A stretch of 64,000 bases of DNA from Octopus sinensis (GCF_006345805.1 NC_043005.1:87172001-87236000); one strand, 5' to 3'. Counted from the stretch's first letter, positions 1-13,964 are shown. Notes: generated by a model from the letters alone, not told the origin. A program made the numbers and translations.

Positions 1-377
1 AATAATAATAATAATGATAATAATAATAATGATAATAATAATGATAATAATAATGATGATGATGATGATAATAATAGTAATAATAGTAGCAATAATGTCG
101 TTGGTGGTGTTGATTACAATATTAATAGAAATAATATGATGGTAATAATAGTTGTTAATGATTTATCCATTTGCCATGAGACTAACACACAGAAATCAAA
201 ATCATTTAAAAGAAAGTGATGAAGAATTATTTAAGATTAAGACTGTACATAAATCAGCTATTTGCCAAAAAATAAAGTTTGTGTGAAATGACAGCAGCAA
301 CAACTATATGATGATGTTGATGATCATGATGGTGTTGGTGGTGGTGGTGGTGGTGGTGGTGGTGGTGCTGATGATGA

Positions 378-411
<34 letters not shown>

Positions 412-545
412 GGTGATGGTGGTGATAATGATGGTGCTGATGATGATGATGATGATGAGGAGGAGGAGGAGGAGGATGACAATGATAGAGGTGGTGGTGG
501 TGGTGGTTTAGATGATAATGATGATGATGGTTGTGGTGGTGGGGT
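1..545. repeat. Compound trinucleotide microsatellite (AAT/GAT/GGT/GAG)
   Basis: Direct runs of aat, gat, ggt and gag. Explains the poly-M/V/S/P ORFs. Confidence 0.95.
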
Positions 546-3500
546 GACGTTGATGATGATGATGATATTTTCTTTAATGAAATGCCAAAGCAAAGTGTTA
601 TGTGAAGACAAAAAAATTACCACACTCCCACCACCACCACCGCCGCCGTTACTACTGCTGCTAACTCTAACGCCACCACTTCTACTACAAGAAACACCAT
701 GGTCATCACCCAAAGCGACGCCACAAAACTGAAATGCTTCGCAACAGCGGCCGTAAATATCATACGGTTTTCTCAGTCGGACAAAACACTAATTTTTGAA
801 AAAAGTGCAAACTTAAACTTTGCGAAGTGCTGCTTCAAGCATAACTGGACTGTTATTAGAAATGGCTTCCAGGCGACCAATACTTTACAGATGTTTGCTA
901 TTGATAATCGGCGTCGGGAAACTGTCACTCATGTTCAAGTGAGAATAGGCATGAAGTGTGATCTGATATAAATCTCAACATTAGCTGTCAGACAATTCGA
1001 CGCTATCGAAGTGAGGTTCATAGACGCATCCTTAAAAACAGAAAATTGTCTTTTTTCCGACTGATGTGGGAAGAGAGAGAGACGAAAGAGGGCTAGTGAA
1101 GGTGAAAATATTTAGCGTTCCACCAGAGGTGGTTTCTCTTGGGATGTAACGAGTATCGTTCTAGAAGGTATTGGTACAATCATGGAAGTATAGGAAGTAT
1201 ATATCGAAAGAGAGTCGATCTGGAATAAGACTAAATGTTCGATTTCAGGTGAAACTGGAACACCGGAATAGAAACCAATCTGGAATCGAATTCAGCTACG
1301 AATGGAGCAGAACATCATGTCATGTCGTTAGGGTATAAGACATAGGTGTTATATATGTGGTGACGGGAAGAACCTGAGTGATTTCTGCCCTTTACAGGAA
1401 GAAAAATTACGGATGACAGTCTTGCTTCTAACAGCACAGATATAACGACTACAGCACTACCAAGAACAGCGTGAAAGTTGTACGAGCAGGAGCAGTAACA
1501 GCGACTTCAAGAATGAATCCAACAAAAGAAACAAAATAGCAAAAGCTACAGCAACAACACCAGGAAGAGCATACCGCTCCCAAAAGACCCCAAGCGATAT
1601 AATAGCAACTATCACAACAACAGCAAAACTATCTTAAACATTAATAAATGAATTCTCCAATCATGTTTCAACAATCCAATATATGATTCTGCTGCCTGTA
1701 GCTAAAGGCAGACATATATTATACTGAGGACGGGAAATGGAAAACTGCCTTAGAGAAAGGGAAATATACAAAACAAATCTGCCCAGAGGAAATGATGACA
1801 GATTCGAAGAAAGAGACTAAAAGGAGTAAACATCGTCACAAACTCCAGCATCACTAGCACTAGAGATAACATCAGTGCTACAAACATTACAAAATATCCA
1901 AGCCCAAAGAAGAACAACATCTGGAAAGCACCAGCCTATATAGCCACCTTTACAAATGCATTCTTACGGTCACACTCTGCTTTTGCATCATTATTGAACC
2001 CCCTTAGCTTATAGTAACCATTTTTGTCCACTTCTCTACACATTTTGTCTTTGCAGTATGACTGGATTTTATCAAAATTTATCTTTGTCAAAGAATCGAA
2101 TTAGCTATAATCAGTAATAATTAGTAATTCACTATCTCATTTCAGGTTTCTATCTCTGAATAATAGCCAACGTTCCTCAAAAAAGCATTTTTATTTCAGA
2201 AAATTAATATCTTGTGGTACTTACAATATTCCTGATCTTTAATGCTATTTTTGTAGTTCTGAGCAGCAGCGAAATTAGTTTCTTCCGAAATCTTTTTGAG
2301 AATATCCTACCTCTTAGATATTGTGGGAGTTTCGAACGACATTTTAAAGATGTAGATGAAAAGCATCGATTTATCAAAAGAGAATCCCGAAGTACTATTA
2401 ATAACGGAAAACGACAGTTTAGGGCGGTTGCGACTTTAACCGGTCGGCTAAAGACAGTAAATTTAGATGTGCTCGCTCTGCATGGATGAGAACGAGTGAT
2501 GGTGTGTTTGCATATTGTTGCTGAATGTGACTTTTCCGCTGTAAGAGCCTGCAGAGATGCGATTAGTGTTTTAGTCGCGCCGGTTGAAGTTGAGAAAGTG
2601 TGGCTCATTGCTTTTCGAATTAACTCTACAGTAAATTCAGCTCAGCCGAGCCTCAGCTTCATGCTTGCTGAGATACGAAAGGGTTTGGGACTCCCTCGCT
2701 TAGTTTCTAATTATTGAGATTTGTCGGAACGTTTTCACTACATATTTGGATAGATATAGCTACTAACCAAGTGTATCGGGAAAAACAGTCCATGAATGCT
2801 TAGCAGTTTTCCTCTACTCGCAGGTTATAACTTTCGTTACATATAACGGTATAGATGGGGAGAAGGTACATAAAAGACCGAAGACTAACATATTCGGCCG
2901 AAATCACATCGACTGTTTCAAGTTTTGCATACACATAAAGGTAGGATTGCAGAGGGAAATTCATTTGCCAAATACACTCATTGAAATATGTGTGTCAAAA
3001 GTAAACATGTTGCGAGTAAACTACCAAACTTTCAACATGCACATGTAAATCGGGAAAACGAACGACCAGAGAAGGAACAGATTTTCAATACGTTTTTTAA
3101 TTGGTTCTTGGCAGCTTTGAGGCGCATTCAGGAATATAGCGTAATGCAATTGATACTTCGTGTAATTGTTGCTCTTACACATTTTACGTAACTCTCAGCC
3201 CTATTTTATCTTCCCTTGACTGAGCCCCTGTAGCTAATAAACACGTAATTATTATTCTTAAATTTTTTATTATTAATTTTTTCTTTAGTAAGAGAGTAGC
3301 ACATGTATTTAAAGTGACGCTGGGGTACAAATGTATGAAACCCCATTACCCTTCATGACTACCTGTCGGATAAGGGTATAGTGGGCAAATGCATCAGGAC
3401 CATATGTACGTGATATGGTGATCTCATATTGAGATAAACAGCGCATGATTTGCAGTTGGGGCCCAGTTAGAATTTTCTTCAGGCCAAATAGTCCATCCTG

Positions 3501-3989
3501 CTCAAAAGGTTCCTGAATAAGAGCTGCTAATGGATGAAGAATGCAACACCTATCTTCCCAAAGATGGATCATTTAAACCCCAAAGAATTCCTCTCAGCGC
3601 ATGGCTATTATGCTCCCGCACTACTTCTGCTCGTGTAATCAGAGATGCACATATTGCCAACCAGTGAGGGATATCTTTAAGGCCCAGCAACTTACAAGTA
3701 AATTTGTGGTTTTGAGTTGAATATTTGCTGCCCAAACAATTTACACTAAGACAAGCCATAACACTTCCAATCAGCTAAGATCAGAAGCCATAAATCCCTC
3801 TGTATGGAATTGCATCAGGGTATATATTATATTATTAGTATCATTTGCATAGTGTTCACCTTGTTAGTACTAAGTCGTTTAATTCAATTTTTTATAACTT
3901 TATCAAGTTATGTAATCTCAAAGATACACTACTTTACTTAGGATATTTGCTATTAGCTAAAGTTTTCTTTTGCAATACCGTACTGGGTA

Positions 3990-4181
3990 GGTGGCGAACT
4001 GGTAGAATCGTTAGCACGCCGGGTGAAATGCTTAGCGATAGTCTGTCGGTCTTTATGTTCTGAGTTCAAATTCCGCCGCGGTCGAATTTGCCTTTCATTC
4101 TTTCGGGGTCGATAAATTAAGTACCAGTTTATGTATATATATGTATCGTATATATTATACACGCACACACACACACACATG

Positions 4182-4237
<56 letters not shown>

Positions 4238-4340
4238 GATACACACACATACATATATACATATACATACTGGGGTCGATCTAATCGACTGGCCCTTTCC
4301 ACCATAATTTCGGGTCTTGTGCCTATAGTAGAAAAGAATA
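3990..4340 (+). mobile_element. tRNA-derived SINE family A, interrupted by a TA/CA microsatellite
   Basis: A-box-like tggtagaatcgttag, B-box gagttcaaattcc, body gtcga..tttgcctttcat..ttcggggtcgataaattaagtaccagtt. Microsatellite at 4130-4268. Confidence 0.9.
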
Positions 4341-4868
4341 TCGTAATACTGTGACAGATTGTTTTATAACAAGATCTTCCTTAAATCTTTTGGGCTGCTA
4401 TTTAATCATTATCAGTGCCACTATTCTTTTCATATTCCACATTCATATTTTTTTCATATTTTTTTTCATATTCCAAATTCTTTTCTTCCCAATCCTAAAT
4501 ATTTTATGATTTTCTCTTTTCCTTTAGTGTTGAGAAGATGGTTTTCTGGGGAAGCGACATCGTTCTACAAATATCTCTTTACGGTATCTTTCTCCACCAA
4601 ACTTATATCTGGCCTTGTATGTTCGATATATCCGTCTGGATTGTAAAGTCCCATAAGAGTTTCGGTCTGATTTTCTTGGACGTTCTCTGGTTTGAGCTAA
4701 TACCATTTCTCAGTGGTTGGAAACTTATATTTCTTGCAATAATACCAGTGAAGGTTTTAGCATAAGTAATTGTAGCGCCATTATTCCCTCTCAGTGCAAA
4801 CGTGTCATAGGGATTCACAACTTGTGTCACATATTCCACCTTCTTTACACATAACCTACACATATTTA

Positions 4869-5364
4869 TTGGGTTATCCTGAAAGTCCGTGCTGATTTTT
4901 AAAGGAAAGAAAAAGGTCAATAAATACTCGTCATTACATTTTTAATCAACCAAATATGAACCATTTTGTTGCACAATGCGTCTCCACCTTTCCTTTAACT
5001 TGAAAATACCCTCTTCTCGGAACTGAGGTGGTTTGGTGGCAAAGAATTCATCAAGGTATCTTTTTACGTCATCCAAGGAATTGAAATTTTTACCATTAAG
5101 ACTATTCTGCAGAGATCTGGATAAATGGGAATCCGAAGGAGCAATATCTGGTGAATATGGAGGGTGTGGTAACACATCTTATCTTCCATTTTAAAGGGTT
5201 ACAGAATTAACACAGGTTAATAAAAATTCTTCCACAAAAAGATAGCTTAAACTGTGCTCTAGTTTGAGGTGTAGTGAAATCCTATTTTATGGAATCAACC
5301 ATGTTCTAAAATAAGTCGAAATGTAAGCTACTATAAATCGGCACGAACTTTACGGACAACCGAA
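4869..5364 (-). mobile_element. Internally deleted mariner transposon with both TIRs and TA target duplication
   Basis: TIRs TTGGGTTATCCTGAAAGTCCGTGCTGATTT and rc TTCGGTTGTCCGTAAAGTTCGTGCCGATTT, TA on both sides. ORF 4942-5175 contains LPHPPYSPDIAPSD (mariner YSPDLAP motif). ATG GAA GAT AA is joined directly to the DVLPHPP codons. Confidence 0.93.
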
Positions 5365-5659
5365 TATTTCATCTGGGTTATACACATTTTTTATCAGAAT
5401 ATCATGTTTAAGGCTTGATCCTCAGCAGCCATCAACAATTTTTCTGTCTGTCTGTCTGCCTCTCTCTCTCTCTCTCTCTCATAATATCTATGAAGGTTCT
5501 AATATTATTTCCTTCCTTTGTCTTTCGAATTGACCCTTCCTCGCGCCCAGTTCCTGAGCTAGCAACCTCTGGTTGTAATTTTATTTACTTTCACCATATT
5601 CAATGCATATGCCTCTGCTTTTGGCAACATACATTAAAAGGTCTCTACGGCTGGCCAAA

Positions 5660-5665
5660 TTATTA

Positions 5666-5738
<73 letters not shown>

Positions 5739-5870
5739 ATTGTTGTTGCTGTTATTATCATTATTATTATTATTATCATCATCATCATCATCATCATCAT
5801 TATTATTATTATTATTATTAGTAGTCGTAGTAGTAGTAGTAGCAGTAGTAGTAGTAGTAGTAGTAGATGT
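5660..5870. repeat. (ATT)n/(ATC)n/(AGT)n microsatellite
   Basis: Direct inspection. Confidence 0.95.
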
Positions 5871-6679
5871 AATATTTATCATAATTATTGATATTTTTTC
5901 TTCCTAATCTTATTGTCATTATTATTACTAGTATTAGTAGTAGTTACTGGTGTTTTTGTTGTTGTAGTAGTTGTAGTTGTTATGTTGTCGGTGGCAGACG
6001 ATCGTAGCTGAAGTGATGGCGGTGTAGTTGATGGTTGCAGTGTTGTTGTATTCAACTATAAGAAGAAATGGAGAAAAAGAAGAAGAAAAAAAAAACAAAA
6101 AAAGGACAAAAGAAGGAAAAATATTTCAGAATAATCGTGTAGCTAAAATTAAATAAATTGAACACTTTAGAGGTTTGGTCTGCTGCGAAGCAAACTTCTT
6201 TCTTTTCATTTTTATCCTCTTTTTAATCTTATCTCTTTATATGTATTGCTTTTTAATCTTTTTTTTTATTTTTTATTTCTATATAGTTTTCGTCTATCTC
6301 TTTATACACAACTCATGTTTTTTTCAAACTTCAGACACAACAAAGCACTTGAGGGGAAAAAATGGTCACAAAAGACATGGAATATTTAGACCATTTTCGT
6401 ATTCTACATGTTTAAACAGACTTCATAACCACACCGACACCACCACCATAGCTATTAATAAAACGACAACGATGATGACGACTACGACGACTACGACGAC
6501 CAACGTTATCTCCGCCACCAATACCAACGCCTCCACGATTTTGTATCTTGCTTGTGGCTTGGCTTTATGTAAAATAACATCAATATTCGAAGTCTAGGTT
6601 TAGCAATTTTGTTTTTCATAGCAGGAGAGCAATTGTTGTGCACAGACATATATAGATACGTATAGAGAATTACCACACA

Positions 6680-7750
<1,071 letters not shown>

Positions 7751-8894
7751 AGATAACTAGATAGATAAATGCTTGCATATATACAGATACACTTGCTTAT
7801 ACGTGCATAGAGAAATGCGTACGCACACAGACACACACACACACATATTCATACATGCAAGCAAATTAATATACATACATATACTTGCTCGTGTGCGTGT
7901 ATTCGCAAAGGTGTAAAATGTAAAATGACGGCTACTTGTTGGGAAAGAAAGTAAATAACTGCATGTATAGAATAGTATTTGTACAAATCGGGAGAAAAAG
8001 ACAGTAAAATCATGAGAGACCTTGAAAGATAGACAGAGAGAGAAGAACGATAGAGAAGGAAAGAGTGGGAGAGCGAGAGAGTGAGAAGGAAAGGAAGAGA
8101 AGAGGAAAGAGAGACTGATTGACCTAAAGGCAAATGGAATGATGGTGCAAACGCAGTGTTTAGATAATGATACACTGGAAGATAATGATCAATAAAATGA
8201 ATGAGATTTGGAGAGTGATAGAGAACAAGAGCGATACAGGAAGGAAAAACGAAAAGCTACGAAAATAATCAGTGTTTAATGCTACAAAATTTGTATTAAC
8301 AAAAACATCTAACTACAGTGTTTATCACAGACAGCCATAATGTTCAGGCTGACAGTCTCTCACTCTATCTTTCTCCATACCACTACCTCTTTCTCAATCT
8401 CTCTCTCTCTCTCAATCTCTCTCTCTCTCTAATACTTCAATGATCTAACGTTATTCTTTTTCTATGTCTATTTGTACATGTATATTATTTTAAATTTAAT
8501 TGAATATTTTTAACAACTTGAGGTCGTTTAAATATAGGTGATATATCTTACTTGCAAATATGTTCATGTATTGAAAAAGAAAACATATATAAACAGTTCT
8601 TTTTCTATATAGTTCTTATCGATTTGAAGCCATTTATGTATTATTTTAGAATTATTTATATACTTTTTTGATAGAGAAACCAAGTTAAACTTTATGAAAC
8701 TAACGGAATATATTTTGAAGAATATGGTTGGTAACTAATCCATGTACCTCATCTCAACATAAACGAATTTCTGAAATATTGAAAACATTTATAACTATAA
8801 ATGTACTCACGTAGCACAAACATACACACAACACACAAGCACACTGACATAAGCACATATACATGTTCGCATACGTGTATATATATATATATAT

Positions 8895-9118
8895 ATCCTT
8901 TCAAAATGTGACCGCGTGTGTACCGTTGGCGATGTTTTTCCTCTGTCTTCCCTTCTCTGAATCTTTCCTTCTCCTATGTTTCTGACGAAGTGTTCCGCTC
9001 GAAACGTTAAACCCTCCTTCTTTCCTTCTTTCCTGAGCGTCCAATAATACTTTAATTGTTCCACGTCCTCGCGTTGCTGTGTTTTTTTTTGTGTTTTCTT
9101 GTTTGGATTGACTTTTAC

Positions 9119-9120
<2 letters not shown>
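8895..9120 (+). mobile_element. Short TA-flanked repeat (family D), probable Penelope-like terminal fragment
   Basis: Colinear with 15445-15600 (gtgaccgc..cgttggcgat..ccgctcgaaa.gttaaa..ttcctgag.gtccaataata..ttccacgtcctcg..gtttggatt). (TA)n on both sides and a hammerhead motif inside. Confidence 0.7.
8978..9012 (+). ncRNA. Minimal type I hammerhead ribozyme motif (C3-G8)
   Basis: GTTT-CTGACGA-A-GTGT TCC GCTC-GAAAC GT T-AAAC. Helix I GTTT/AAAC, helix II with one mismatch, palindromic helix III ACGT. Confidence 0.65.
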
Positions 9121-9184
<64 letters not shown>

Positions 9185-9411
9185 TATATTATATATATAT
9201 AATATAATATATATATTATATATATATATTATATATATATATATATGTATGTATGTATGTATGTACGTATGTATGTATGTATGTATGTGTGTATGTATAT
9301 ATATATATGGAAGAGAAAGAGAGAAAGCGAGGGAGTATGAATATATATCTACCTATCGATATATCTATATACATTGATATATACATGTGTATGTATATGT
9401 GTGTGTATATG

Positions 9412-9608
9412 TGTGTGTGTCTGAATTTGTCCCCCCTCACTATCGCTTCACAAGCGATGCTGGTGTGCTTACTTCCACGTAACTTGGCGGTTTTAGCAAA
9501 AGAGACCGATAGAATAAGTACTAGGCTTACAAAGAATAAGTTCTCGGGTCGATTTGTTCGACTAAAAGCAGTGCTCCACCATGGCCGTAGTGAGATGACT
9601 GAAACAAA
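9412..9608 (+). mobile_element. SINE family B, 3' half
   Basis: tgtccccc..atcgct..gatgctggtgtg..gcaaaagagaccgatagaataagtactaggcttacaaagaataag..catggcc..gactgaaacaa. Matches other family B copies. Confidence 0.9.
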
Positions 9609-9635
9609 TAATATATATATATATAATATATATAT

Positions 9636-9702
<67 letters not shown>

Positions 9703-9713
9703 ATATATTCAAT

Positions 9714-10095
9714 CTCTCTTGCTTCAGTCATGTGAATGTGGCCATGCTGGAGCACCGCCTTTAGTCGAGCAAATCGACCCCGGGACTTATTCTTTGTAAG
9801 CTTAGTACTTAGTTTATCGTTTACTTTTGCCGAACCGCTAAGTTTCGGGGACGTAAACACACCAGCATCGGCTGTCAAGCGATGTTGGGGGAGGGGTCAA
9901 ACACGGAGACACAAACATATACACACACATACATATCTACATATACATATATACGACGGGTTTCTTTCAGTTTCCGTCTACCAAATCCACTCACAAGGCT
10001 TTAGTCGGCCCGAGGCTATAGTGGAAGACACTTGCGCAAGATTCCACATGGTGGGACTGAACCTGCATCCATGTGGTTCGTAAGACAGCTACTTT
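9714..10095 (-). mobile_element. SINE family B, near full length
   Basis: Reverse complement shows a tRNA-like head (ggttcagtcccac B-box), an internal CA/TA tract and the conserved tail. Confidence 0.9.
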
Positions 10096-10181
10096 ATTTC
10101 GTTAAGAGTTGCCCTAAAGGCATTACAAAGAGTAATTGTGTGCTTCGTAGTTGTCATATTGTTAATAGTAACTGGAAGCAA

Positions 10182-10412
10182 GGCGGAGAGCTGGCAGAAG
10201 CGTTAGCACGCCGGGCGAAATGCGTAGCGGTATTTCGCCTGCCGTTTCGTTGTGAGTTCAATTTCCGCCGAGGTCGACTTTGCCTTTCATCCTTTCTGGG
10301 TCGATAAATTAAGTACCAGTTATACACTGGGGTCGATGTAATCGACTCAATCCGTTTGTCTGTCCTTGTTTGTCCCCTCTGTGTTTAGCCGCTTGTGGGA
10401 AGTAAAGAAATA
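10182..10412 (+). mobile_element. SINE family A
   Basis: ggcggagagctggcagaagcgttagcacgccgggcgaaatg...gagttcaatttccgccgaggtcgactttgcc...gtaaagaaata. Confidence 0.92.
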
Positions 10413-10439
10413 AATAGTGACTGGAAACTGATTCCACTA

Positions 10440-11005
10440 CACTGTTTGGGATAGGTGAACGAATACATTGTAGCCCCAGTACATGGCTATAACTAACAAA
10501 ATTGCACCAACCTAGAGAAAGTAATCAATCCAGACTTTCAATCATGAAGCAGTACATGCGATACTGGCTTATCCTAGCAGTAGATCAATGTGGCGCTCTA
10601 ATATACAAGAAACAACTCCCACATGTACCATGAGTCTGTTAAGGAAGAATGCAACCTGTTTTCTTTCTAACGTGGTTTTGTTATTATTGTAACGAAGAGC
10701 ATTCAATTTTATTTCATGCAATATTTCACACACATAGGCTTCAGAATTCATGAAAGTTTGGGGCTACATGTCGTACGACCCCTCGACAATTCAGACTCCC
10801 AACACATGAATTCACTGCAACAAAATTTCTTTTCCTCAACAGGCCCCACTCTATTTAATATTATCGCGAAACAAATCAAAGAACAATATTCTATCACCTT
10901 CAAAAAAAAAACCTGAGCAAATTTGTCCATGAGCTACCAGATTACCAGATAAGCCACACATACCTCGTTATATTTCAGTCAACAACTTCCTACTTTAATG
11001 GGCCA
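10440..11005 (+). mobile_element. Degenerate CR1/L2-group LINE 3' fragment
   Basis: Translations include HCSP.W, YW, GFRIHESLG, FFSSTGPTLFNII.KQIKE, FKKK..KF..ELPD. These resemble CR1/L2-type ORF2 C-termini. Many stops and frameshifts. Confidence 0.6.
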
Positions 11006-11729
11006 TAATACCACAAAATTAGACGTAAATTGACTTAACAGATCACGTGATGCGATTGCGCCTACCCTGGACCGAATCTCCGTTATGATCTAATTAAACC
11101 GATCCGAATTTGTATCGCATACGTATTTGTTAATTTTTTTGAAATAATGTATTCAATTGCAAATTTTCCAATCATTTTCGTATGCAACCTTAAGAATATC
11201 TGAGCATAACGTAACTTTTCACAAAATTCTGCTAGGGTCTACCTATTCCCTAACCTTACAATTATGATCCACTTTTCCACTCAAGAAATTGATTCTTTAA
11301 ATTTAAATACTGTAGATATTTTTAAACAAACCACACCAATTAAGTAAAGATGAGTAGATTTCATTTTACACTCAAAGTAATGCTAGCGAAATACATTGTA
11401 ATTTGGTGCAACATATACATTCGAGGAAAGCTCCGTCGACGAACATATAATATGTGAATGTGTTTTTGTCTATTTCTGGTGCATTTCTTTGTCAATTTTA
11501 GGTTTATTTGCTGGCAATAACGTATCAATATATGTGTCCTTTTGCTAGTTGGTTGAAGCATTCCCTGATTCTTTTCTACGTCACGCACAATTATGTGACA
11601 CACTGCCATAATTCATTTGTGTTCGAGAATAAAGCGCACCAATGCATAGGATTTGCTTTGAACACCAGACGTTAGAGAAATGTGCAAAGAGCAAAACATT
11701 TTTAGTACTACTTCATTTTTCCGAGTTTC

Positions 11730-11749
11730 TGTGCATATTATACATATAT

Positions 11750-11805
<56 letters not shown>

Positions 11806-11869
11806 CATACATATATATTAATTATTTGAAGGAATGAAAAAAGGTGTTTTTTTCTAATTTTATATATAC

Positions 11870-11956
<87 letters not shown>

Positions 11957-11980
11957 ATGCATGTATGTATATGTATGTGT
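11730..11980. repeat. (TA)n microsatellite region
   Basis: Direct inspection. Confidence 0.95.
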
Positions 11981-12786
11981 TCGAGCGTATGTATATTTTG
12001 CTCATGATACATAAGATATATATATATATATATAAATCCTTATGTATTTAGATACACAATATACAAATATAGATATAACTAGAGAAGCACATATACACGC
12101 ATACAAACAGACAAACACACATGTTCATATTACATGCATGTGTGAATAAAAAATTCCTCAATGCATTAAGTAGATTTATTTATTTATTTATTTATACAGG
12201 TATTAATTGTTTTTTTCCTTATGAAAGGTGGAACTTCAAAAGCTACAATCACTAATTTCACGTTCTTGACGCTGATACCACAGCGAAATTTAAAAGTTTC
12301 TGTATAATGTGCAACAAATATCAAACCAAAAATGAGTATATAAAAGAAAATAAATCAAAATTTTAATAATGGAGTACTCAATATTCGTGTCATAAAATGA
12401 AAGTATATAAGTTCTATGGGGGAAAAAATATCTGTGGATTCACTTAAAGCAAATTGTTTGAATGAAATATGGAATTCAGGTAAAAATTGAAATCAAACAA
12501 TTTAGCATAGGACTTAAATGATAATAGGAAAATCGATGTTTTTGAAAAATAAGGTTTAACTATACAGAGCTAAACAGAATATTTAACTCTTTATTGGATC
12601 TTTTGAAAACCTTTCCATTCACTGCGGTGCATAAAATGTTTAATTTCCAGTGAATTGTGGAACGTGATCGTTATAGGACTATTATATAGGTTATGTCTAT
12701 AGCGGCGCAGTCTCCTTCACAAAGATGGCAAAAACGTTCTATTTACTTGAAGCATTCAGTTCGTAAAATAGAGTGGATTCATTCGT

Positions 12787-12817
<31 letters not shown>

Positions 12818-12859
12818 TTAAAGCAATGGCTTTGAGAAAACTAATCTTGTGAAGATTAT

Positions 12860-12866
12860 ATATGTA

Positions 12867-12927
<61 letters not shown>

Positions 12928-12996
12928 GGGAGAGAGAGATGGATAGATACATACATAGACATACATACATACATACATAGACATACATACAGACAA

Positions 12997-13036
<40 letters not shown>

Positions 13037-13060
13037 TGATCGAGAGAGAGACGCATTTAT

Positions 13061-13110
<50 letters not shown>
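12860..13110. repeat. Compound (TA)n/(GA)n/(TACA)n/(AGAT)n/(CA)n microsatellite
   Basis: Direct inspection. Confidence 0.95.
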
Positions 13111-13111
<1 letters not shown>

Positions 13112-13407
13112 TGTATGTACATTTTTGTGTGCGATGTACATATAATTGTGTATATAATGATTTTCAGCGGGAAAAAAACCTAGTTACCCGCAACAAAAAA
13201 AACTTCAACGCTTCACAGTACTATTTTGAGTTATATTATCAAATACTGCTGGATTATATGACATAAAGAAAACTAAATTAGGTTTGGATTATATTTAGCG
13301 TAAAAAAAGTGTTGTTGAATGAGATTCTGAAGAATGCTGATCGAGTTCATGATTACGAAGTGGAGGATGATTCTAGTTATTAGCAGCATGCGGAGAACGC
13401 CGAATAT

Positions 13408-13548
13408 TTTGGGGAAGTGGGTAGTCGATCCAAGTGTTCAACTAGTACTTTATTTCCTGGGACCTGAAACGGTGAAATCTAAAGTTAACCTCGGCGAAAT
13501 TTGAACTCAGAAATTAAAGACAGACGAAATGTCAGCTTGACGATTCAA
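13408..13548 (-). mobile_element. SINE family A fragment (diverged)
   Basis: cctcggcgaaatttgaactcag..gacagacgaaat matches the family A reverse complement. Confidence 0.8.
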
Positions 13549-13561
13549 TAACAATGACAAT

Positions 13562-13964
13562 AATCTTATCTACGATAAGCACAAGGCCAGAAGTTTGTGG
13601 TGGAGGGGTCTAGTCCAATAAATCGACACCAGTGTTTCATTGATACTTCATTTATCGATCCAAAAAGGGCAAAGTCATCCTAGGTAAAGTCGACCTAGGC
13701 GGAATTTGAACTCAGAACGGCAGACGAAATACCTATTTCTTTACTACCCACAAGGGGCTAAACACAGAGAGGACAAACAAGGATAGACAAACAGATTAAG
13801 TCGATCATATCGACCTCGGTGCGTAACTGGCACTTATTTAATCGCCCCAGAAAGGATGAAAAGCAAAATCGAACTCGGGGGAATTTGAAATCATGACGTA
13901 ACGGCAGACGAAATTCGGTTACGCATCTCGCCCGGCGTGCTAACGTTTCTGCCAGCTCGCCGCC
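13562..13964 (-). mobile_element. SINE family A, dimeric variant
   Basis: Head ends at cgccgcc (13964). The gtcgacct.ggcggaatttgaactcag unit occurs twice, separated by the tatttctttactacccacaagggg tail. Confidence 0.9.

Larger units (their letters stand above)
3270..5655 (-). mobile_element. Degenerate Dong/R4-clade (REL endonuclease) LINE 3' portion with long 3' UTR, carrying nested insertions
   Basis: Minus-strand reading with frameshifts gives TEKLLMAAEDQAL, (NPDEIN)MCRLC, KLLWDFTIQTD, RPDISLVEKD, DVASPE, KEKIIKY, LQKKTL and IANILSKVVYL*. These match the Zn-knuckle and PD-(D/E)xK C-terminus of R4/Dong. Bases 3270-3830 match the repeats at 32541-33020 and 34603-35158. Confidence 0.85.

Noticed and set aside
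1400-1640. Hydrophobic minus-strand reading suggesting a membrane protein
   Set aside because: It derives from degenerate ACA/GCA repeats and has stops in the relevant frames.
2204-2717. ORFs resembling a signal peptide with KR sites (2214-2489) or a GPCR helix 8 (FSKRFRKKL, 2204-2608 minus)
   Set aside because: The plus ORF starts at GTG just after a stop with no ATG or usable acceptor. The minus ORF has no NPxxY motif or transmembrane helices.
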